From: Candidatus Saccharimonadia bacterium
GTDB taxonomy: Bacteria > Patescibacteriota > Saccharimonadia > UBA4664
DNA length: 53,713 bases
Reading direction: 5' to 3'
Assembly: GCA_038244585.1 (NCBI GenBank)
Contig: JBBRTI010000004.1
Location: 1-53,713 of the forward strand
Below are positions 1 to 6,446 of the stretch, piece after piece (positions within the stretch are counted from its first letter, which is position 1; each line of letters begins with the position of its first letter). The notes beneath the pieces were generated by a model, which did no database searches, had not been told where the DNA came from, and saw nothing but the letters and a program-made list of their open reading frames with translations. Position numbers and translations under genes: made by a program.

Positions 1-198
1 CCGGTTGACGTCTGCAAGAACATCCCCGGCAATCAGTCGGAGGTGCCAGCAGGCATGGTGAGGGATGATGCAGGCAACTGCACCACTCCGCCGCCACCGC
101 CGGTTGACGTCTGCAAGAACATCCCCGGCAATCAGTCGGAGGTGCCAGCAGGCATGGTGAGGGATGATGCAGGCAACTGCACCACCCCGCCGCCACCG
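1..198 (+). repeat. Two near-identical 99-bp tandem coding repeats (array may continue beyond the window)
   Basis: 1-99 and 100-198 match except at about one synonymous site. Confidence 0.95.
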
Positions 199-384
199 GT
201 TGTGACGCCACCTGCACATGTGCCGCCGGCAGTTACGCCGCCGGTACACGGTCCGAAAGTCGTTACCGACAATGTCCCCAGTAACAACGCCTCGCTACTT
301 GGCGTTGCAGCTCTTCTGCTCGGTGTGTCAAGTCTCGGCGGCATGGCGTTCTACTCGCGACGACGCAAGTTGTCACAGGGCTGA
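1..384 (+). CDS. 5'-truncated Pro-rich surface protein with Cys-paired 33-aa repeats and C-terminal sorting signal (probable class F sortase substrate)
   Basis: Open frame from window edge; repeat PVDVCKNIPGNQSEVPAGMVRDDAGNCTTPPPP; C-terminus GPKVVTD + hydrophobic helix + RRRK; sortase gene immediately downstream. Confidence 0.8.
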   Translation, partial: PVDVCKNIPGNQSEVPAGMVRDDAGNCTTPPPPPVDVCKNIPGNQSEVPAGMVRDDAGNCTTPPPPVVTPPAHVPPAVTPPVHGPKVVTDNVPSNNASLLGVAALLLGVSSLGGMAFYSRRRKLSQG

Positions 385-392
385 ACAAGACA

Positions 393-1049
393 ATGCGCCG
401 GTCACTGGTTGTGATATGTGTGTTTCTGGTGGTAGTCGAACTTGTAGCGTGTGCAAACTCGCTCCAAACCCCGGCTGCCTCCGTTACCGCACTGTCACAA
501 CCAGTGACGGTGCCTACTCCGAGCTTGGTAGCCGCATCCGCGGCGCCGACTACGAAGATTTCGAAACTGCCGTCGACGGCAAAGCTAACACCAACGGTGC
601 GCGCAGCCGAAGTGACTGCTACGCCTACGTGGCTGTCGATCCCGACGGTTGGCATCAATGAGAGCATCGCTCCCATGGGTCTTACCAAGTCGGGTGAAAT
701 CGAGCCTCCTCAGCGTCAGACCATCTGGTATACAGGGTCGCCGAAACCCGGTACACCTGGCATATCAGTGATTGCGGGCCACGTTGAGTTTAGTGGTCCA
801 GACAACTTCTGGAGGCTCGATGAAGTACCGATTGGCGCAACCATCACCATTCGGTACTCCGATGGCACGCAGGTTCGTTTCGTGGTCAGCCACAAACGTT
901 CCGAGCTCAAGGTCGCTGTTCAAACCGACGCCGAAGTTTGGGGCACAAGCACGACGCCCAAGTTGGTACTAATCACGTGCGATAAACATTCGCCAGTGGT
1001 CAGCCACCATCATCTCAACAACTTCATCGTCGTGGCGAGTCCAGTTTAA
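393..1049 (+). CDS. Class F sortase
   Basis: N-terminal membrane anchor; LSIPTVGI, WYTGSPKPGTPGISVIAGH, FWRL, LVLITC motifs. Confidence 0.9.
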   Translation: MRRSLVVICVFLVVVELVACANSLQTPAASVTALSQPVTVPTPSLVAASAAPTTKISKLPSTAKLTPTVRAAEVTATPTWLSIPTVGINESIAPMGLTKSGEIEPPQRQTIWYTGSPKPGTPGISVIAGHVEFSGPDNFWRLDEVPIGATITIRYSDGTQVRFVVSHKRSELKVAVQTDAEVWGTSTTPKLVLITCDKHSPVVSHHHLNNFIVVASPV

Positions 1050-1050
1050 T

Positions 1051-1119
1051 TACCAGGGGAGTGAGCGCTTAAGCTCTCAACAGGGTATACCATCCCGGTA
1101 TGCACTCACTCCCTCGGTT
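1051..1119 (+). terminator. Long hairpin directly after the sortase stop (terminator or stabiliser)
   Basis: taccaggggagtgag ... ctcactccctcggta inverted repeat; no clear U tract. Confidence 0.45.
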
Positions 1120-1311
1120 ACAATCCCAAAAACCCGCAATCTGACATGTCATAACCAACCCTTTACCTCTTTGAGAGTACGCACTGTGTCTTCAATTAAT
1201 AGGTAAATGTAACCTGTCAAAGTTAATAACGATACCAAAGACTTAATGTCTTTATTGAATTAGTTGCTAGTCGTGTATAATTCCGAAAAAGTATTGAGTT
1301 CTCATGAACAA

Positions 1312-1341
1312 GCCCCCAAGCTCAATAGAAAACTTGGGGGC
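1312..1341 (-). terminator. Terminator-like hairpin downstream of CPBP gene
   Basis: gcccccaag ... cttgggggc. Confidence 0.55.
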
Positions 1342-1363
1342 ATTTGGCATTCGCGCACAGGAG

Positions 1364-2032
1364 CTAGAAGCCATTAATAGCGCTATCAAGCAGTCCGTGT
1401 AGGAGTATGCCTGGGAGCAAAGAGCGGAAGTGCTCGACTACAGCTGAGAGAATTACCCCTATCGCGAATTGGAAGATCATGGGTTGCCAATGAAACGAGT
1501 CGGCAAAAACGTGACTCAAGGCAAACAAGATATTTGTGGCAATGACGGCGGGAACAATTCCCATTCTTTGCCGTAGACCTGTCATTATGAGACCACGGAA
1601 CGCAAGCTCTTCGAGCAGAGCTACATGCAACAACACAAAAATCAAATTTGCAGCGTCAGCACCATATTTAAAGAGTCCGATTGGGCTTTGAAGCCCCCGC
1701 CTAGCACTATCCGGAACGAGAGCCATTGCTATCACGAAGCAGAGCGCCATAGCAAGCATCGCTATAAAAAGCACGAGGCTCCCGCGAACGATATCTAGCC
1801 GCTTAATCCCCGAGATATTGAAGTACCCCTTCAGGTCAATCTGGGAGCGAAATAAATAAAGACCGATAAGGGGTAATATTGTGACAAGCGCCAGAGTCAC
1901 AAGTTGAATCGACGGCGTTTTTGGAAGTTTAAGGAGCACGTAGAAAAAAACCGTCACCAGTAAACTACTAATCATCACTGTTGTAGCAACAATCGCACCG
2001 TACAGTAACGGGTGCTTTACGCGAGTTACCAT
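1364..2032 (-). CDS. CPBP/CAAX-protease-family intramembrane glutamic endopeptidase
   Basis: Multi-TM; EELAFRG, FALSH and HGLLD motifs. Confidence 0.9.
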   Translation of the reverse strand: MVTRVKHPLLYGAIVATTVMISSLLVTVFFYVLLKLPKTPSIQLVTLALVTILPLIGLYLFRSQIDLKGYFNISGIKRLDIVRGSLVLFIAMLAMALCFVIAMALVPDSARRGLQSPIGLFKYGADAANLIFVLLHVALLEELAFRGLIMTGLRQRMGIVPAVIATNILFALSHVFADSFHWQPMIFQFAIGVILSAVVEHFRSLLPGILLHGLLDSAINGF

Positions 2033-2135
2033 ATCGCTCCATTAGAAAGGTACGAGGACAATCCTATGTATCTGGATATTATTATATAAATGCGCGCTTA
2101 TGTCAATGTAACCCATTATAACTTTACAATAAAAG

Positions 2136-2358
2136 CAAAACAAAAACCCCAAAGGTGGGTGGTCACCGGTGAGGCTTTTGTTACACCCTTCAACCGCGCC
2201 CAAGGGCGTTTTGGCGAGTCTCTCGCAATGGAGGAGAAGCGGGTTTGAAGGGACTAATCCGCCTGCGCGATAGCTGAAGGAGGGTGCATCCAGATATCAT
2301 CGCAGACAGATTAGTGATATTGTTGAGGGGAACCACCACGCTCGTTTGCGAGGTATGT
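2136..2358 (-). ncRNA. Putative structured small RNA or cis-regulatory leader (~220 nt)
   Basis: Own sigma70 promoter; 15-bp stem 2253-2267/2301-2315 perfect only on minus strand (two G-U pairs); second multibranch stem 2186-2252; terminal hairpin + U tract; no credible ORF. Confidence 0.6.
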
Positions 2359-2363
2359 TCAGT

Positions 2364-2392
2364 ATGCTAACACAGTTTGTTAATAATGTCAA
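2364..2392 (-). promoter_or_regulatory. Sigma70 promoter for the putative sRNA
   Basis: TTGACA-17 bp-TAGCAT with TGn extension on minus strand. Confidence 0.7.
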
Positions 2393-2401
2393 CACCTATT
2401 T

Positions 2402-3262
2402 ATGCAAATTAATCAAATAAACTTCCAAACGGACGCCTTTCCTGAACAATTAGCCGAAATTCCCAGTCCGCCGAAGTGCCTTTTTACGTTGGGAGAATTG
2501 CCAAGCGGACCATATCTGGCCATTGTCGGGACGCGCAAGCCCACCAGTTACGGCCGCCATATGGCCTATCAGCTCGCCAGTGAGCTGGCGGCTGCCGGGT
2601 TCGTTATTGTCAGCGGCCTAGCTTCCGGCATTGACGGCGTGGCTCACCAGGCGGCCCTGGATGTCGGCGGCAAAACTTTGGCTGTGCTTGGCAGCGGTCT
2701 GGACCGTATCTACCCGGCCGACCACCGTAAGTTGGCAACCGACATCCTGGGGGCAGGCGGAGCACTGGTATCAGAATTTCCGATCGGCACTACGCCGTTC
2801 CCCGGCAACTTCGTCGCCCGCAACCGTATAATCTCGGGCCTGTCGCTAGGCACTGTCTTCATTGAAGGCGACGTCAAAAGCGGCGCCATCCATACGGTAA
2901 ACTTCGCCATCAAGCAGAACAGGGTCGTTATGGCCGTACCTGGTAACGCCACGTCGCCCATGTCGGCTGGTCCCAACAACATCATCCGCGAAGGCGGCGT
3001 CCCGGTTACCGGATCCATTGATGTTATCAACCAGTTCCAATCGCAACTGGCAACGGACAAACCACAGCCCGTCACGGCGGCCGACCCACGGGAAGCTTTG
3101 CTTACCAAGCTCCTAAAGGAGGGCAAGACCACAACTCATGACCTCATAGCGGCCAGCGGTCTGCCCGCCGGCGAGCTGGCAGATGTCATGAGCCTCATGG
3201 AAATTTCGGGAAAACTGCGCAACTTGGGATCGGGGCAATGGGCGGCGCGCGTCCGGTCGTAA
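2402..3262 (+). CDS. dprA: DNA-processing protein DprA
   Basis: LAIVGTRKPTSYG, IVSGLASGIDG, FVARNRIISGLS, C-terminal winged helix. Confidence 0.96.
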   Translation: MQINQINFQTDAFPEQLAEIPSPPKCLFTLGELPSGPYLAIVGTRKPTSYGRHMAYQLASELAAAGFVIVSGLASGIDGVAHQAALDVGGKTLAVLGSGLDRIYPADHRKLATDILGAGGALVSEFPIGTTPFPGNFVARNRIISGLSLGTVFIEGDVKSGAIHTVNFAIKQNRVVMAVPGNATSPMSAGPNNIIREGGVPVTGSIDVINQFQSQLATDKPQPVTAADPREALLTKLLKEGKTTTHDLIAASGLPAGELADVMSLMEISGKLRNLGSGQWAARVRS

Positions 3263-3291
3263 GTCTGACAAAAAAATGTTATAATAGGGTG

Positions 3292-4260
3292 ATGAATTTC
3301 TGGCAGTCATTACCAAAACCTTTCTTTGTCCTCGCCCCGATGGACGAGGTGACCGACATTGCCTTTAGGCAGATAGTAGTCCGTGCGGCAGCACCTGACG
3401 TACTCTTCACCGAGTTCGTAGCCACCGACGGGCTGCAGAGTGCCGGGAGGGAGCGTACGTTGGAACGTCTGCGCATCGAGACTAGTCTGGACAGGCCTCT
3501 AGTTGCCCAGATTTGGGGGGCCAACCCCGACAATTTCTACACAAGCGCCAAGGAAATCGCCGCTATGGGTTTTAGCGGCATCGACATAAATTTCGGCTGC
3601 CCGGAGCGGGGGATTGTGGCCCGAGGTTGCTGTGGCGGCATGATCGGCCGCTACGACGCAGCGGCCGCCATTATCGAGGCGACCAAACGCGGTGCCGGGA
3701 ACGTACCGGTTAGTGTAAAGACACGGATAGGCCTGGCCGAGGTGGCAACCGAGGAGTGGGCTACCTTCCTGCTGAAACAGGATCTGGCCGCCCTGACGAT
3801 CCACGGCCGCACTGTCCGCGAGATGAGCCGCGTGCCGGCCCGGTGGGATGAGATTGCCAAGGTCGTAGCCCTGCGCGATAAGCTAGCCCCACAGACGCTC
3901 ATCATCGGCAACGGTGACGTTGCAGATTATGCCGCCGGCCTTGAACGCGTCGCCGAAACCGGTGTCGACGGCATCATGATCGGCCGGGGGATTTTTCACG
4001 ACATCTACGCCTTCTCTCACGAAGCCACCGCGGCGACTCCGGCGCAACGTTTGGAAATTCTCCTCCATCATATTTCGCTATACGAGGACACTGGCAGCAG
4101 CAAACCGTTCCACGTTCTCAAGAAGTTCTTCAAAATCTACGTCAGCGGATGGCGCGATGCCAGCGACCTGCGAACTAGGCTCATGGACGCGACGACCCCG
4201 GACCAAGTCCGCGCGCTTGTAGCCTCAGCCGAAGTCCCCGAAGTCATGCTATCCGCATAA
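3292..4260 (+). CDS. dus: tRNA-dihydrouridine synthase
   Basis: LAPMDEVTD, IDINFGCP, SVKTRIG, TIHGRT, GNGD, GIMIGRG; start placed at ATG 6 nt after TGnTATAAT. Confidence 0.93.
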   Translation: MNFWQSLPKPFFVLAPMDEVTDIAFRQIVVRAAAPDVLFTEFVATDGLQSAGRERTLERLRIETSLDRPLVAQIWGANPDNFYTSAKEIAAMGFSGIDINFGCPERGIVARGCCGGMIGRYDAAAAIIEATKRGAGNVPVSVKTRIGLAEVATEEWATFLLKQDLAALTIHGRTVREMSRVPARWDEIAKVVALRDKLAPQTLIIGNGDVADYAAGLERVAETGVDGIMIGRGIFHDIYAFSHEATAATPAQRLEILLHHISLYEDTGSSKPFHVLKKFFKIYVSGWRDASDLRTRLMDATTPDQVRALVASAEVPEVMLSA

Positions 4261-4407
4261 TAAAGTTATACACACAGGCTCATGACTAAGACTCTGCTAT
4301 TTCAGGCGTAGATCGGCAATCTACCTCCACAAGCGAGCTTTATGCGGGATGACCAAAGTATATTTATAATGCTTGTGGTATAATGCCGCAACAGTGCTTG
4401 AGAAATC

Positions 4408-4435
4408 AAAAAGACCCCCTTGCGGGGGTCTTTTT
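4408..4435. terminator. Bidirectional intrinsic terminator
   Basis: aaaaagaccccc-ttgc-gggggtcttttt between convergent genes. Confidence 0.85.
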
Positions 4436-4447
4436 GTGCTATCAGGC

Positions 4448-5065
4448 TTACCAGTAGTGGCGAGTAGTCCAGAAAGCGTAGGCGTTAGCCCACGAACCGT
4501 ATCTACTAACCGCATAGGATGTTGCCCATCGCAGCTGAGTTACCGGGTTGGTCAGGTAATCGGCACCGTAAGGGGCCATTTTACCGGCAGGCAGAGCCTG
4601 CCCTAGACCATAAGCTCCGGAACCACTGTAATTTGGCTTCGTCACACCCCAACCGGATTCCCGGTCGATGATGTAGTCGACGTAGCCAAAGTCACCTTCA
4701 GCGATGCCTGCGGCGCGCATCCAGTCGGAATGAGAACCGGCAGGAAGAGCGACCGAGACTACTGCCGTACGGACCGTAACGCGGGTTTTACGCGCAGCTG
4801 CGGCATGTTCGGCGGTGACACGAGCGGCTTGGGCTTTCGCTTGGGCGGCACGTAAGGGGACGAGGATCTCGGCATCGAAGTCGGGCTTATTTGCAGCCGT
4901 GACTTGCACCGGATTTCCGGTATTTGTGTTTATTCTCACCTCGAGAACGCTTTGCGTCGGTTGGACCGACGTGTCGGCGGCGGCCGCAGCCCCGACCGAA
5001 GCCGGAACATTGACCTGAGTGGCAAGCAGCATCATTGATGCCGCAAGCTGTGAGATGTTACGCAT
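4448..5065 (-). CDS. Secreted lytic transglycosylase-like (SLT / aggregation-promoting-factor C-terminal domain) protein
   Basis: Signal-like N-terminus MRNISQLAASMMLLA; IIDRESGW, SGAYGLGQALP, NPVTQLRW, RYGSW motifs. Confidence 0.85.
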   Translation of the reverse strand: MRNISQLAASMMLLATQVNVPASVGAAAAADTSVQPTQSVLEVRINTNTGNPVQVTAANKPDFDAEILVPLRAAQAKAQAARVTAEHAAAARKTRVTVRTAVVSVALPAGSHSDWMRAAGIAEGDFGYVDYIIDRESGWGVTKPNYSGSGAYGLGQALPAGKMAPYGADYLTNPVTQLRWATSYAVSRYGSWANAYAFWTTRHYW

Positions 5066-5159
5066 AGGGCCACGTCGAGCGTGGCTATATACCTTTCGTT
5101 TACCTGCACGTCCAACTAAAAAGATCCCATAAAATGGGGCCTGTCTAGCGAACAAAAAC

Positions 5160-5200
5160 AGTATACACTTTTGACATATATTTGTCAATACTATTAAGAT
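5160..5200. promoter_or_regulatory. Overlapping divergent sigma70 promoters
   Basis: Minus: TTGACA(5188-5183)-17-TATACT(5165-5160); plus: TTGACA(5171-5176)-18-TAAGAT(5195-5200). Confidence 0.7.
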
Positions 5201-5282
5201 AAGGTTAAGCATAATAAGCAAGGGCCGGTTAGTTGTTACCGGACTCGTCACGTTATATCCTTAAGAGGAATCAAGGAAAATT

Positions 5283-6059
5283 ATGAACGACATCAGAGCT
5301 TGGATTGCTCGGCGGCTGGACGGTTCCACATCGACCGGCTTGGAGTTTACTGTCAGCCTGCTGGCGGCCGGTCTGGGTTTGGCCTTCTTTGCCGGCGTCC
5401 TCTTGGGCGTTCACGAGACCGATACCATCGCGCGCTTCGATCATGTCGTAGGAGAAGCAATTATCGGGCTGCGTTCGCCGCTGCTGACTTCTGCTTTCGA
5501 GGTCATTACCGGCCTGGCCGGAGTCGCAGGGATCAGCCTGCTCCTTGTCTTATGCGGGTTACTGCTATGGCGTTCGCCCTACCGACAGTTACCTGCCGTG
5601 CTGGCTGCCGGAGCAGCGGTAGATCTGATTATCGTCGTTATCGTCAAGCTGCTGGTGGCGCGCCCCCGGCCGGACCAGGCATTGCAGCTGGTTCATGAGT
5701 CAAGCTTCAGCTTTCCCAGCGGCCATGCTATGACAGCAGTCGTTATCTACGGATTAATGGCGTTTTTCCTTGGTCGCACGCTAAGCCGCGGCCGAAAGTT
5801 GGTAGTTGTGACTGTCTGGCTACTGTTTGTCGCTGCCGTCGCTTCCAGCCGGATTTACCTAGGAGTCCATTACCCCAGCGACACGCTGGCCAGCGCCTGT
5901 CTGGGCGGGGCAGGGTTGAGTCTGGGGCTTGCGTGGCTGAGTCGGCACGAAACCGGACTGGCCGCGACCAACTTCGATGCCCACGCCCGTAAACGGCTCC
6001 TCTTAGCTCTAAGCCTAACTATCCTGGCCGTAATTATTTGGCGCCCCCTCTTTATATAA
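5283..6059 (+). CDS. PAP2-family membrane phosphatase (undecaprenyl-PP phosphatase-like)
   Basis: KxxxxRPRP, SFPSGH, SRIYLGVHYPSD motifs. Confidence 0.93.
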   Translation: MNDIRAWIARRLDGSTSTGLEFTVSLLAAGLGLAFFAGVLLGVHETDTIARFDHVVGEAIIGLRSPLLTSAFEVITGLAGVAGISLLLVLCGLLLWRSPYRQLPAVLAAGAAVDLIIVVIVKLLVARPRPDQALQLVHESSFSFPSGHAMTAVVIYGLMAFFLGRTLSRGRKLVVVTVWLLFVAAVASSRIYLGVHYPSDTLASACLGGAGLSLGLAWLSRHETGLAATNFDAHARKRLLLALSLTILAVIIWRPLFI

Positions 6060-6083
6060 GAAGCACAGTGGTACAATTGGCTT

Positions 6084-6446
6084 ATGCTTGCAGTCGCATT
6101 TATACGATGGTGGTACGGAGCCGGCTGGCGTGACAACGCCGACCGCGTAAGCTCACGCCTTAGTAATACCTATTTAGAGTTCTCTGTTCCTATCCTCTTG
6201 CGAACACTGTTTTCACCATGGCGGCGCATTATCAGCTATGGCGGCGGGTCGCTTGGCCAGCGGGCTCAGGCTACCCTCGACAATATCGTCTCGCGATTCG
6301 TGGGATTTATTGTCAGGTTGTCGGCGCTGATGGCCGCCGTGGCGCTTATCGGTTTGACCGTGCTGGTGGGGAGTTTCTGGCTGGTCTTGTGGCCGCTCCT
6401 CCCCTTGGCGGGACCTTTTCTGGTTATATGGGGATTGGTCTTATGA
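6084..6446 (+). CDS. Small membrane protein coupled to the Clp ATPase
   Basis: Hydrophobic 120 aa, WWY and LFSPWRR motifs; stop overlaps next start (ATGA). Confidence 0.8.
   Translation: MLAVAFIRWWYGAGWRDNADRVSSRLSNTYLEFSVPILLRTLFSPWRRIISYGGGSLGQRAQATLDNIVSRFVGFIVRLSALMAAVALIGLTVLVGSFWLVLWPLLPLAGPFLVIWGLVL

Noticed and set aside
1-198. 99-bp (and 48-bp at 53570-53713) repeats as a CRISPR array
   Set aside because: Tandem units without unique spacers, lengths are multiples of 3, and they encode protein repeats; no cas genes
4265-4273. Replication origin
   Set aside because: Only isolated DnaA-box-like words (also ~51070); no cluster and no dnaA/dnaN nearby
6218-6442. Longest-ORF starts (also 3238, 5251, 27020, 43881, 49405)
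   Set aside because: They overlap neighbouring genes or promoters; downstream starts have SD, -10 or stop/start coupling support
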